The position numbers and the translations under genes are program-made. This document shows, piece by piece, positions 17,201 through 26,727 of a DNA stretch of 37,089 bases; position 1 is the stretch's first letter; each line of letters starts with the position of its first letter. The stretch is from positions 1-37,089 of the forward strand of contig JBCCQY010000087.1 in the NCBI GenBank assembly GCA_039208735.1, read 5' to 3'. Below the pieces are notes generated by a model. It worked only from the letters and a program-made list of their open reading frames with translations. It ran no database searches and was not told the origin of the DNA. This stretch comes from Myxococcota bacterium (GTDB taxonomy: Bacteria; Myxococcota_A; UBA796; GCA-2862545).

Positions 17201-17428
17201 AAGAACCTCATGGGGCACTTCGATGCGATTCAGCATCGCGCCGCTCGCGACGTGCCAAATGCCCACAGCCCCGTCACGACCAGCACTCGCGAGACGGGTC
17301 CCGTCCGCCGATAGCGCGACCTGGCGGACCGACGCAAGATGCCCGACCTGAGGAACGAGACGCGCGCCAAAGGCTCCCTCGATTCCCACCGTCGAGAGTC
17401 CGATCACCGCAAACCAGCCCGCGAGCAT
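14222..17428 (-). CDS. Exported WD40-repeat protein with C-terminal caspase-family (peptidase C14) domain
   Basis: Signal-peptide-like start MLAGWFAVIGLSTVG.. at ATG 17428 (AGGAGG RBS). WD40 repeats (GHLASVRQVALSADGTRLASAGRDGAVGIWH). Caspase motifs LAVGTGDY, YFSGHG (His) and ILDTCAAG (Cys). Confidence 0.9.
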   Translation of the reverse strand: MLAGWFAVIGLSTVGIEGAFGARLVPQVGHLASVRQVALSADGTRLASAGRDGAVGIWHVASGAMLNRIEVPHEVLAVAFTENGSRVVAATAGGGWFTWDVASAEQLSEVTVDASWTSAQFVDEGTRLIAVDKGEGAALWRAKGRSGRTLQGVTRVTTQSATPDGRWVAAILGSEAGPSVGVFKGRSGSLVQSWEVGDSEGSVTVAISPDGKRVVTTDRTATATVWAARTGEPVSTLVLETEERRQIDAAFAPDGTVVTMDDRSTFRHWDGATVQQTVVTASFVDRGLLMDAAGLRVAAPEIDGGIGVWSLADGTRVAAMRGSVRAPRMLTTTSEFFAVGHDDGHATVWSPQTGGVRGVYEIGRTSVRSLQLHRSGLLVGTTSRMATLYNIRWGSRPLFELEKRGGSLRSAAIDMMGREVYVADPFEAQGWRINRYRSAPFIGDRIDWGRVKSSGESIGEVTSFKARPPTETPPPWLSLGDAGLVVVDEETGNVRASLYMFDDGNWAVVDPKGRFDTGDTALDGLRWVIDGQPYDLAQLRDRYYEPGLLAKLLGHNDEPLREVPPLASVEAPPVVHVVGPTPEGILELRIEDRGSGYGGVFATLNGSDVTSVVESGCPDLGNGEPCTLSLAELPTWMPGRENGLRVEVFSASGILRSRALDIEVTAQGDANEDAPDLWVLAVGTGDYRGDKLDLKYSPHDANRLAEALSVAGARGFGAARTHVRILSTSQGPDVHAPPSKAALEEGFAWLAQSDPLDTIVIYFSGHGVAFTDSDVDDYFYLLPDAGSFEDVRDPSVRPLRTMSGDELAVAVSRIPALKRVVILDTCAAGKIDAELSATRAALSSDVIRAHARSRERTGAWLLAGAAANKVSYEASRFGQGVLTYALIEGMLGPALDEADLLMVSRWLAWAESQVPKHAAGIGGVQEPVTRRGSAADFPLGQLPAQDRRAIKLRKVLPVMVSARVVGRGGRQDTLRCGDALNARLREVGGQSFANFVHWESDPIAKTWQITGTCSEARGGIVFEGFLSRTGEDGPSAEYPVNAKGNDVQAVAVEAVRAAAARVLIYKEE

Positions 17429-17492
17429 CCTCGCCCTCCTTCGAATCGGCGTAGACCGGTAACTCGCATCGTCGGCGACGAGGGCGGTGCGG

Positions 17493-17888
17493 CTACCCCA
17501 CGACCTCACCATCCTCCTTCGTGAAGGTCTCCGGCGGGTGCTCGAGCAGCGCAAAGACCGCCTCAGATGGACGGCACAGTCGAACCCCTCGAGGGCTGCA
17601 GACGATGGGGCGGTTCACGAGCACCGGATGCTCCAGCATGGCTACGAGCAGGGTTTCATCGTCGGCCTCGGGGTCGAGCAGTCCCAGCTCCGCCGCCGGC
17701 GACTTGGTGGTACGGAGCGCGGTCCTCGGTGTCAGGTCTGCCGCCGCGAACAAGCCGAGTAGCTGCGGACGGGTCCACCCTGTCTGGAGATACTCAATCA
17801 CGACGGGCTCGACGCCAGAGGCCCGAATCATCGCCAGCACGTTCCGTGATGTCCCGCAGTCCGGGTTGTGGTGAATGACGACGGCCAT
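17493..17888 (-). CDS. arsC: Arsenate reductase, glutaredoxin-dependent ArsC family
   Basis: HNPDCGTSRN active-site motif, plus LR, HPVLVNRPIV and RLCRP; GGAGGGAG RBS. Confidence 0.92.
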   Translation of the reverse strand: MAVVIHHNPDCGTSRNVLAMIRASGVEPVVIEYLQTGWTRPQLLGLFAAADLTPRTALRTTKSPAAELGLLDPEADDETLLVAMLEHPVLVNRPIVCSPRGVRLCRPSEAVFALLEHPPETFTKEDGEVVG

Positions 17889-18250
17889 GGCTCCCTCCTC
17901 ACTTGCTCGGATACCGAAGCTCGATCATGGCGTGAGGCGCTCTGCAGACCAAGCGCGGCTCGCGCCAAAGGCGTAGCAATTTTGTTCCAACTTGTTCCGC
18001 AAGCCCCATCGACAACACGCTATGCCGCACAGTTCGACATTGGCGCACCGCTGTCGGCCGGAAATGAGGCAAACGTTCGGTGGGCGATCGACCCCTGCGG
18101 TACGCGCGATCGGGGCTTCAGCCGCATTGCGTTCATCCTCATAGCGTTCGCTGGGCCCGACTTTGGCATCGAGGCACCCATCATTCCCTTCGAAGACAGC
18201 CTTGGACTCCCGTTCTTCGGTTTGACGGCCGCCAACACCCATCGGGCCCC

Positions 18251-18745
18251 ATGACCCTCTACATCTTCGCCGGGCTTCCAGGAACCGGAAAGTCCACTCT
18301 GGCGCGCCGACTTGCGCAACACCTAGGCATTACCTGGCTCCGGATCGACACCATGGAGCAGGCGCTGCGGGACGTCGGCTTACCCGACGTGCTTCGGTAC
18401 GGTTACGACCTAACGGCTCGCATCGCCGCGGATCAACTCAAGCTGGGCCAATCCGCCATTGCGGATTCCGTCAACCCAATCGCGGCATCGCGGAACGCCT
18501 GGCGTCAGTGTGCGACCGAAGCGGGCGCTAACTTTGTCGACATCGAGATCATCTGCTCAGACCCAGCCGAGCATCGTCGACGGGTCGAGACCCGAACGCC
18601 CAGCGTCCCTGGATTGGCCCTGCCCACCTGGAACGACGTGCTCGCTCGGCGCTACGATCCGTGGGATGTCCCACCGATTCGCATCGACACGGCCGGTCGG
18701 TCGCCCGATGCGGCGTTCGGCGCCCTGTTGGCCTCGCTTGGATAG
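18251..18745 (+). CDS. Small P-loop nucleotide-kinase-like protein (AAA_33 family)
   Basis: MTLYIFAGLPGTGKSTLA Walker A at the N-terminus; LRIDTME, IADSVNP, EHRRRVETR, IRIDTA. Confidence 0.85.
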   Translation: MTLYIFAGLPGTGKSTLARRLAQHLGITWLRIDTMEQALRDVGLPDVLRYGYDLTARIAADQLKLGQSAIADSVNPIAASRNAWRQCATEAGANFVDIEIICSDPAEHRRRVETRTPSVPGLALPTWNDVLARRYDPWDVPPIRIDTAGRSPDAAFGALLASLG

Positions 18746-21700
18746 TTGGGCGTCCTTCCCTCGGGACGTCCTGGCCACCCCGACCAGATCTGGCCCGACT
18801 CGACCACTTCACCGCCCAACACCAATGTGTGCTCGACGAGCTGCGCGCAATCCTCCACCTCACCCCACATCAATACGCGGGAGTCGCTACGCAGGCTCAC
18901 CTCCCGGCCGACCGCGATGGGGCCAAGTTCCCACTGACCGCGGGTATTGAGGTGAGCCACGATGATGGCTCGGTCGATGACGGCGCCGTCGCCGATGGTG
19001 AGCAAATCGGGCTCGGTGGCCATCGGATCTGCACCGTTGGGATAGAGGCAGACGCTACGGCCAATTTGGGCGCCCAACGCGCGAAAGTAGTCAACCATGA
19101 ACGCCGAACCGCCGAAACTGTCGAGCAAGGGCCGTCCGCCGATCCACGATTGATGGAGACGCTGGATGGCCTGGTGAAGCTTCCACCGTTGGCAATAGGG
19201 TGATTCATCCCAAGGATGAGGACCGGGCTTACGACGCCCAATGAGGACCCACTTCGCACCGATCGAACCGATCAACACAAGCGCGGCGCCCCCCGCATGC
19301 ACGACGATGAAGCCCGCGAGCAGCCAAAGTCCAAACCCAAGAAAGCCCGCATCGAAGCGAGCGGCCAATGGCAGAGCAATGGCCAATGCAAGCAGGAGGA
19401 GGCTGGCCTTGATGAGGGCGCCACACGCAGTAAGCGTCGAGTTGACGACGCCGTAAGCCCATTCCGGAAACACCCGGTAGGGGGCGATTCCAGAGGCGTG
19501 AACTCGTCCAAACGGCCGGATCGTCGGTGCGTCTCGAAGGCTAGATCGCCCAGGTTCCACCTCAATCGGACGCTGCCCATCAAAACCGAGCCAGGTCGAG
19601 CCCGCCGGAGCCACGAAACCAGCTGGCGTAACCGTGCCCGTTCCCAACACCGCGTTGCGACCCACGACCGTGCCAGGGCCGAGGAAACAGCGGTCCGCCA
19701 CCGTAGCCCCGTCCTCGATCGTGATGGCCGCCGCAATACGCCCATCGCATGGCAAAAGCGTGGTTCGGGACCCGAAGGTCACATCGTCTCCGCACGTGAA
19801 CAGATCGTACTCAATGAGCTGATGGCCGCTTCCCGGCCAATAGATGCGACGGCCGACCTTCGCCCCCAGCAAGCGGTACAATGTGCTAATCGCACCAAAG
19901 TTACTGCCGAGGAGCGGGCCGAGCCCCCCGAACGTACCGTCGGGAAGCAGCCGCCACATGAGGTACCGGCGAAACTGGGCCCAAGGCCCATCGCAGTTCT
20001 GACTTCGCACACCTCTCGCTTGACGCGGATCGGCCCCCGCACGGAACCGTCCGATCACCAGCCACTTCAGCGCGACAACCCCTCCGAAGTACAAGAAGGG
20101 ACTGACCAAGGCCAGACTCACCCGCATCAGGAGGTAGACGGTGACCTTTTCGGGAACCAGAAACCAACTGGCCGCGTCTTGCCAACCGATCAACGATGGA
20201 AGTGGCCTCACAAGTAGCAGAAATACATAGAACGGCAGCCACGACGCCATGTGGTTGGCTCCGACCAACCCATTGGCGAGAGCCCGCAATGCGAAGGGCG
20301 GATGGATGGTCCGGGGCCGGCACCATCCCGCCATTTTCGCGTCGGACGCACCAGGTGCGAGATGACCATCCGAGGGCCATTGGGTTCCCGGAGGCACGAT
20401 GGCCCGCCTGCCCACCGTCGCGCGAGCGCCGATGGAGATAGGCGCGAACACCATCTCGCCGGCGTCCATTGCGAACGGGTGCACCACCGCATCCGAGTCG
20501 ATGCAGACGTCGTCTCCGATCGAAAGCAGATCAGGCTCCCCAAGGTCCGCGTTCGGCATGATTCGCGTCCGTTTGCCCACCGATGCGCCGAGCAGCCGGT
20601 AGTACGCAGCGGTCAGCCCGTAGGACACGCCGAAAAGCCCAAGACCGGTGAAGCGGAGCCACTGGTTCACCAACCACCACCGCAGGTACGCGCTCCCCCA
20701 CAACGGATGCCGCCCTGCCTGAACCCGACCGATCAGCAGCCATTTGCCAAGGACCCCGAGCAACGGAGCCCCAAGTCCCATGACTCCCCCCGTCACGAGA
20801 AGTGCGGCGATCAGCGAGCCCGATCGCGTCAGATCCCACGTTTGGTAGGCGCTCACCCAAACGATGAGGAAGACCAGCCAACCAGCGATACGCCGTAGCG
20901 GGCCAAACGTCAGAAAGGGTAGCGCCTGCACCATCCGTACCCCCCACGACTCCGAGATACGCCCACCTGTGGGAGAGACCGTGTTCTTTGGCTTCGGTTT
21001 GGAGGGAATCAAGGTCGGTTGCAGCGACCGAATCGCCTCCGCCAGGGACGCGATGGTCCGGTGGCGAAACACGACCATGCTTTCGATCGAACGTTGGCCG
21101 GATCGGCGGAGGCGCGTCGCAAGCTGCACGGCGGCGAGGGAGCCGCCACCAAGCTCGAAGAAGTCATCGGTTCGGCCAAAGTCCGTCGAACCAAGCAGTT
21201 CCGTCCACAAACCATGGAGTTCCCGTTCCAGCGCGTCACGAGGAGCTTCGGAAGGTCGATGGAAGTCCTCGGCCACGACGGCCTGACGTACGACGATCGG
21301 TTGCCGCCGGTCCGCGCAGGGAGGGGGACACGTCGCCTCGAACATGCGCTCGGTCAAGGGGGACCGCTCGTCGATGGCTCCAAGCCCCAAACGCTTGGCG
21401 AGGCCGATGCGCACGACCTTGTTCGTGTGGTTGCGGGGCAACGCATCCATGTAGACCACCACGACCGGCCACTTCGACGGATGCAGCCGCTCCCTTAGGA
21501 ACGCGTGCAGCGATCTTAGGTCGGGCCGAGGGCCTTGGGGGACGATGACCGCGCCGACGACCTCATCCAAGGTGTCATGCTCGACGACGAAGGCCAACGA
21601 AGCCCGCACATCGGGATGGGCCAGCAGCGCCGACTCCACCTCGAATGGCGAGATGATCTCGCCCCCCCGATTGATGACTTCCTTGCTGCGTCCGGTAATG

Positions 21701-23010
21701 GTGACGAAGCGATGTTCGTCGAGGAAACCAAGGTCTCCCGTATCGAACCAGCCATCTGGACGTCCATTCGCGGCCTCTGGCCCAAGATAGCCCCGCATCA
21801 ACGGTGCTCCTCGGAGCAGGATGCGTCCCGAAACCCCCGGAGGGAGTTCCTCACCGCTCTCGGACCGAATGCTGACCTCGACCCCGAGCACCCGCCCGCT
21901 GGAACCCTCGGGGAAAGGCCCATCGAGCGGCGGACAGGAGATCGGCATGCACTCGGTCATTCCGTAGCTAGGCAGCACACGGGCCCCGAACCGCTCTTGG
22001 ATGCGCCGTTGCGTCTGGGGAAGCATCGCGCCCGCCGCATTAGCGACAAAGCGCAGCCGGACCTTCGAGGCATTGGGGTGCGCACTCGCCTCATCGAGAA
22101 TCATCCGGTGCATCGTGGGAGCGGCGTAGTACCACGTCACCGGCCAACGCTGAACGGACCGCCAAAACAGGTCCGGATCGAAGCCCGGAGCATAGCTCAT
22201 CGGACTACCGGCGAGCAGTGGCGCAAACACATTGCGGTAAATCCCGCCGGCATGGAACAAAGGCATCATGTTGAAGCCCATGTCGAGGGGTCCCAACTCG
22301 AGCGAGGCGGCAATGCAGCAGGCGCCAACGCAAAGATCCTCGAGCACGATCGGAACCTGCTTCTTGGTGCCCGAAGTCCCCGATGTCATGAGCAGGAGGG
22401 CGAGGTCGGTTGGTCCATTGCGGCGTGACCCATCGGCCGGTGGGGTCCATCGCGGGCCGGGGATGAGTTCGAACGTGCCCGCGCGCTCAGCAGGCCGAAG
22501 CTCGAGGATGGCCAACCCCAGGCGGTCCGCAACGTCACGCAGGGTCGGATTGGCCTCGTCTTGCCGTACGATGATCACATCGACGTCAGCCACCTCAAGG
22601 TCCGCTGCGATGGCTGGGGCAGGTCGCTCCGGATTGATGGGAACGGCGATGCCCACCATCGTGGTCGCAAGCAGGCAGACTGCGAGTTCCGGACCGTTGG
22701 GAAGCGCAATCGCGCACCGGAACCCAGGCCGGATTCCCGCGGCGGCGATCGGCGATTCGACACAAACAAACTGATGGAGTTCGCGAAAGGTGATCGACGG
22801 TCGGTCGCCAATGGGGTCGGTAATCGCGGTATCGTCGCTGTAGGGGATCAGGTCCGCAAGCGTCTCGAATCGGAGCACCGGCGTACCATCGTGAGGAGCG
22901 CGACCCCGCATCTGCGTTGCATCGAGTCGGTGTTGCTCACGCCAAATCGCAGACCACTCGGTGAGCTTCGGAAGCAACGGAGTGCCCAGTTCTGCCATCG
23001 TTGCGTTCAT
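18652..23010 (-). CDS. NRPS-like protein: adenylation domain, carrier protein, Pls/PosA-type membrane C-terminal region with three hexapeptide-repeat modules
   Basis: A domain TSGTSGTKK, PLFHAGG, SYGMTE, FDTGDLG, GRSKEVINRGGE, LPRNHTNK. PCP DDFFELGGGSL. TM helices interleaved with YYRLLGASVG, LYRLLGAKVG and YFRALGAQIG modules. Exact start uncertain (23010 or 22998). Confidence 0.88.
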   Translation of the reverse strand: MNATMAELGTPLLPKLTEWSAIWREQHRLDATQMRGRAPHDGTPVLRFETLADLIPYSDDTAITDPIGDRPSITFRELHQFVCVESPIAAAGIRPGFRCAIALPNGPELAVCLLATTMVGIAVPINPERPAPAIAADLEVADVDVIIVRQDEANPTLRDVADRLGLAILELRPAERAGTFELIPGPRWTPPADGSRRNGPTDLALLLMTSGTSGTKKQVPIVLEDLCVGACCIAASLELGPLDMGFNMMPLFHAGGIYRNVFAPLLAGSPMSYAPGFDPDLFWRSVQRWPVTWYYAAPTMHRMILDEASAHPNASKVRLRFVANAAGAMLPQTQRRIQERFGARVLPSYGMTECMPISCPPLDGPFPEGSSGRVLGVEVSIRSESGEELPPGVSGRILLRGAPLMRGYLGPEAANGRPDGWFDTGDLGFLDEHRFVTITGRSKEVINRGGEIISPFEVESALLAHPDVRASLAFVVEHDTLDEVVGAVIVPQGPRPDLRSLHAFLRERLHPSKWPVVVVYMDALPRNHTNKVVRIGLAKRLGLGAIDERSPLTERMFEATCPPPCADRRQPIVVRQAVVAEDFHRPSEAPRDALERELHGLWTELLGSTDFGRTDDFFELGGGSLAAVQLATRLRRSGQRSIESMVVFRHRTIASLAEAIRSLQPTLIPSKPKPKNTVSPTGGRISESWGVRMVQALPFLTFGPLRRIAGWLVFLIVWVSAYQTWDLTRSGSLIAALLVTGGVMGLGAPLLGVLGKWLLIGRVQAGRHPLWGSAYLRWWLVNQWLRFTGLGLFGVSYGLTAAYYRLLGASVGKRTRIMPNADLGEPDLLSIGDDVCIDSDAVVHPFAMDAGEMVFAPISIGARATVGRRAIVPPGTQWPSDGHLAPGASDAKMAGWCRPRTIHPPFALRALANGLVGANHMASWLPFYVFLLLVRPLPSLIGWQDAASWFLVPEKVTVYLLMRVSLALVSPFLYFGGVVALKWLVIGRFRAGADPRQARGVRSQNCDGPWAQFRRYLMWRLLPDGTFGGLGPLLGSNFGAISTLYRLLGAKVGRRIYWPGSGHQLIEYDLFTCGDDVTFGSRTTLLPCDGRIAAAITIEDGATVADRCFLGPGTVVGRNAVLGTGTVTPAGFVAPAGSTWLGFDGQRPIEVEPGRSSLRDAPTIRPFGRVHASGIAPYRVFPEWAYGVVNSTLTACGALIKASLLLLALAIALPLAARFDAGFLGFGLWLLAGFIVVHAGGAALVLIGSIGAKWVLIGRRKPGPHPWDESPYCQRWKLHQAIQRLHQSWIGGRPLLDSFGGSAFMVDYFRALGAQIGRSVCLYPNGADPMATEPDLLTIGDGAVIDRAIIVAHLNTRGQWELGPIAVGREVSLRSDSRVLMWGEVEDCAQLVEHTLVLGGEVVESGQIWSGWPGRPEGRTPNYPSEANRAPNAASGDRPAVSMRIGGTSHGS

Positions 23011-23191
23011 CGCGAGCCTCGGGAATGCAGTGCACCCGGGGGTACGCAATCCACCCAACGACGCCGACACGCGAGTTCGATTTCATGATTGACTGTGCAG
23101 CATTCGTAGGGTGCACCTCCCTTCTTTCGTGGAGGCCGACGACGGTCGTGGTCGTCGGCCCGGAAGACAACGGGAAGTCAGACGCGTACGC

Positions 23192-26100
23192 CTAAGGCTG
23201 GGTTCGGATTGCTCGTCCTGGCGTCCAGGGAGCCTTGGCGTCGTCGAGGGCTCCCTTGAGCCGCTGGTACTCGGCTTCGTAGGTGCCGAGCTGGTCGAGT
23301 ACGTCGGCAAGCAGTTCTTGCGCCTGCGCCAAGGAGGTGCGTTGGGCCCCGGTCGGGCCGTACACGTTGCTGTTCGCGGTGAACCGTGCATGCCAGAGCC
23401 AGCCACCGACCGTCGTGACGGTGTCGCCGAATACGCTTCGCGTCTCGTGTCCGGTCAGCCGATCCCGTTGCAGTTCGAGACCTCGTTTGAGCGTTGTCGC
23501 GGTGTTGTCGAGGGCACCGCTTTCCGAGAAGCGTGCGAGAATCTCTAGGATCGCATCGAGTTCGGCCACGACTTCCCCGATCCGGGACTCGGCACTCTCT
23601 GCCGCTCGACGAACCTCTTCGGCCTCTTGCTCAAACGCGATTCGCTGGGTCTGATCGGCCCCTTCAATCACGGGCTCGGCCCGCACCGAAACGACGTCGA
23701 AGGTCTGCGTCTTGCCGATTGACGTCACCACGCCATCGACGCGCTGCGCCATGGCCACGCGGTAGGTCCCAGGTTGCACGAGGACGCCAAGAGGCTCCCA
23801 ATTGGAACCAGACTCGTCGGTGGGCTCCCAAGCATCGACGGGGGAAAATCGGAGGTCCCACGTGACCCGGTGGAATCCGGCCTCGACCGGCCCCTCGATC
23901 TCTCGGATGACCGATCCTTGGTCGTCCGTCACGGTCAGGACAATGGCTGGCGCGGCCTGGAGTTCCTCGGCTCGAATGTCCGACCACGAGGGGAACGTGA
24001 CATCGCGGTTCGCCTTCTCCTTTTCGCGTTCACCCTTTCGACGGGCTTCCTGTTTCGTCTGTAGGCCCTGGGGCAAGTAGTAGGTGAACGTAGCGCCAAA
24101 GGGAGGGTTAGGCGCCCGATAGTAGCCATCTCCACGCGATGCGACGCACTCGGGACGCGAACAGCCCATCGTACGCTTTGGAACGTACCAAGGCGTTTCT
24201 CGGACCGAAAACAGTGCTGCCTTGGAGTCGAGGAGATCCGTCGTCACTTCGCGAAGCGGGGAATAGTCATCAAGAATGTAGAAACCGCGGCCAAACGTGG
24301 CGCCCACGAGGTCGTTTTCTCTTCGCTGAATCGCCAGATCCCGAAACGGGATGGTCGGAGTGCCGCCCTTGAGCTGCGTCCAACGACGTCCCCGATCCAC
24401 GGTGAAGAAAACGCCGAACTCGGTGCCCAAGAACAGCAGATCGGGTTCTACATGATCTTGGACCAACCGCCACAACACATGGCGGTCCGGAAGATTACCC
24501 CGGATGTCTCTCCAAGAGCGGCCCCGATTGGTGCTCTTTAAGAGGTACGGGGTAAAGTCGCCCTGTTTGTGGAGGTCCAAGACGACATAGACGGTATCGG
24601 GATCATGGAGGTCGGCCTTGATGTCGTTGACGTAGAAGCCGCGCGGCACCCGAGGCAGTCGACCCACGGTACGCCAACGCTGACCGCCGTCCTCAGTGAT
24701 TTGAAGCAGTCCATCGTCGGTGCCAACATAGATCAGGTCTGCGTCAAGCGGCGATTGCGCAATCGCGGTCACGGTGTTGTAGCGCGACATCGCGTACAGA
24801 TCCCAGGGCGCATCGACGCTCCAGGTTCGGCCCATCAACGGTTGCGTCAAGCGGTTTTCGCTGCGCGTCAGGTCGCCCGACAAATCGGTCCACGTGTCGC
24901 CGTAATCATCGCTTCGCCACAGGCGCTGGGAGCCAAAGAACACCGTCTTGGGGTCGTGAGGGCTGATCAGAATCGGGGCGTCCCAGTTGAAGCGCTCGGC
25001 AACCTTGGGGTCTGTTGGCTGGGGACGAATGTAAACGCTCTCGCCCGTGCGGCGGTCGTAGCGCGTGAGATTGCCCTGTTGCCATTGCGAATAAACGATG
25101 TCGGGATTCGATGGGTCGACCGCAGGCTGGTGACCATCCCCAAACAACGTGACAAACCAGTCCGCGTTTCGGATGCCATTGTTGGACATCGTGCGGGAGG
25201 GGCCCCCGTGGGAGTTGTTGTCCTGCGTCCCTCCATAGACGTTGTAGAAGGGCTCGTCATTGTCGACCGCAACCTTGTAGTATTGCGTGATCGGCAGGTT
25301 CGGGAAAAAGCGCCAGGTGGTTCCCCGATCGAAGCTTTCGTACAACCCCCCGTCCGTCCCTGTGAGCAGGTAGTCGGGGTTGGTGGGGTCAAAGACCAGG
25401 GCGTGATGATCGGTATGCTTGCTGTCGTGCTGGAGCCTCTGAAACGATGCCCCGCCATCTTCGGTGACATGCAGATGCACGTCCATTTGATAGACGTGAT
25501 CCACCGAGTGGGGGCTTGCAAACAACTCATTGTAGTAGTGGGGCCCCGTCCCTCCCGAGACATAATCGCTACGCTTTTCCCAGGTCTCCCCACCGTCGGT
25601 GGACCGCCAAAAGCCCCCCGTTCGTTTCGCAAGTTCGATAGTGGCATACACCACGTCAGGGTCGACGGGAGAAACCGAAAGCCCGGTTTTCCCCATAGTC
25701 TCCTTCGGGAGCCCTTCAGTGAGCTTTCGCCAGGTTTTACCACCATCTTCGGATTTATGGATTCCGGTTCCCGGTCCTCCATCCATCAAGGCGGCCGTGT
25801 TGCGGAATCGCTGCCAGGAAACCGCCCACATCACGTTTGGGTCGCTCGGAGAGAGGTGGACCTCGGACACGCCCGTGTATTGGTCGTCCTGGATGGTGTT
25901 ACCAAGCCCGTTGCCAAGAATCTTCTTCCAGGACGCCCCCCCGTCGGTGGACTTGAACAGTCCTCGGTCACCACCGGGCGACCACAAGGGCCCCTGTGCC
26001 GCGACGAACAGCGTCTTGGAGTCCCGAGGGTCCACAACGATCATGCCGATGTGCTCGGAGTCACCAAGTCCCTTGTTTTCCCAGTTCTCCCCTCCGTCGT

Positions 26101-26491
26101 AGCTCACGTAGACGCCCGACCCGTAGCCCACATGGCGACCGCTGACGTTCTCACCCGTGCCCACCCAGATCGTATCGGGATCGTTCGGATCGAGGGTCAC
26201 ACAGCCGATCGAGTAGGTGTCTTCTTTATCGAAAATGGGAGTCCAGGTGGTCCCTCGATTCTCGGTTCGCCACACCCCTCCACTGCCCACGGCCACGAAC
26301 CACCGGCTACGGTCGGTGGGGTCCACGGCGATGTCAGCAATGCGACCAGCCGCAAATGCGGGGCCAATGTTTCGTAGGGCCAATCCTTCGAAGGTCGGTG
26401 CGTTGAACCCTGGCTCAACATCGTCCTTTTCATCCGCGGCCCAGACCGGACGATAGAGGGCGAGAATGAGCAATGCGGCTTGCGCGAGCAT
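23192..26491 (-). CDS. Secreted VPS10/sortilin-like BNR (Asp-box) repeat beta-propeller protein, putative glycosyl hydrolase
   Basis: Signal peptide from ATG 26491; RNIGP..GRIADI start; many S/TxDGGxTW Asp-boxes; YGGTQDN, RFNWDAP, GATFGRG; coiled-coil-like C-terminus. Confidence 0.9.
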   Translation of the reverse strand: MLAQAALLILALYRPVWAADEKDDVEPGFNAPTFEGLALRNIGPAFAAGRIADIAVDPTDRSRWFVAVGSGGVWRTENRGTTWTPIFDKEDTYSIGCVTLDPNDPDTIWVGTGENVSGRHVGYGSGVYVSYDGGENWENKGLGDSEHIGMIVVDPRDSKTLFVAAQGPLWSPGGDRGLFKSTDGGASWKKILGNGLGNTIQDDQYTGVSEVHLSPSDPNVMWAVSWQRFRNTAALMDGGPGTGIHKSEDGGKTWRKLTEGLPKETMGKTGLSVSPVDPDVVYATIELAKRTGGFWRSTDGGETWEKRSDYVSGGTGPHYYNELFASPHSVDHVYQMDVHLHVTEDGGASFQRLQHDSKHTDHHALVFDPTNPDYLLTGTDGGLYESFDRGTTWRFFPNLPITQYYKVAVDNDEPFYNVYGGTQDNNSHGGPSRTMSNNGIRNADWFVTLFGDGHQPAVDPSNPDIVYSQWQQGNLTRYDRRTGESVYIRPQPTDPKVAERFNWDAPILISPHDPKTVFFGSQRLWRSDDYGDTWTDLSGDLTRSENRLTQPLMGRTWSVDAPWDLYAMSRYNTVTAIAQSPLDADLIYVGTDDGLLQITEDGGQRWRTVGRLPRVPRGFYVNDIKADLHDPDTVYVVLDLHKQGDFTPYLLKSTNRGRSWRDIRGNLPDRHVLWRLVQDHVEPDLLFLGTEFGVFFTVDRGRRWTQLKGGTPTIPFRDLAIQRRENDLVGATFGRGFYILDDYSPLREVTTDLLDSKAALFSVRETPWYVPKRTMGCSRPECVASRGDGYYRAPNPPFGATFTYYLPQGLQTKQEARRKGEREKEKANRDVTFPSWSDIRAEELQAAPAIVLTVTDDQGSVIREIEGPVEAGFHRVTWDLRFSPVDAWEPTDESGSNWEPLGVLVQPGTYRVAMAQRVDGVVTSIGKTQTFDVVSVRAEPVIEGADQTQRIAFEQEAEEVRRAAESAESRIGEVVAELDAILEILARFSESGALDNTATTLKRGLELQRDRLTGHETRSVFGDTVTTVGGWLWHARFTANSNVYGPTGAQRTSLAQAQELLADVLDQLGTYEAEYQRLKGALDDAKAPWTPGRAIRTQP

Positions 26492-26727
26492 GGTTTCCCT
26501 CAGGTTTGAGTGCAAAACGGCGGCAGACCTTACCACTCCAATGGAGGAAAGGCTGCGGGCTTGCACGCTCCGATGAGGCCTCGAATGCGACGAGTGAGGG
26601 TTGAACGTCACATCGATGGCATCGCAGACACCGTTCGCTACACCGTGCTCGACGACGACGGACTCATCGAGGGCCCAGCGCTCGCGATCCGGACCCCGCT
26701 CGCAAACGCCCCCCTCCTTCGTCGAGG

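Noticed and set aside
17975..17998. Sigma54-like promoter (TTGGAAC-AAAA-TTGCT, minus strand) upstream of arsC
   Set aside because: GG-to-GC spacing is 9 nt rather than the required 10. The TTGTTCC direct repeat there is too short to call.
17868..18254. Short ORFs between arsC and the P-loop kinase (possible arsR)
   Set aside because: No HTH or ArsR motif or other recognisable family; conflicting overlapping frames.
24569..26377. Long antisense ORFs (602 aa here; also 873-1778, 31599-32720, 33102-34397)
   Set aside because: Shadow ORFs opposite well-supported genes, as expected from high-GC codon bias.
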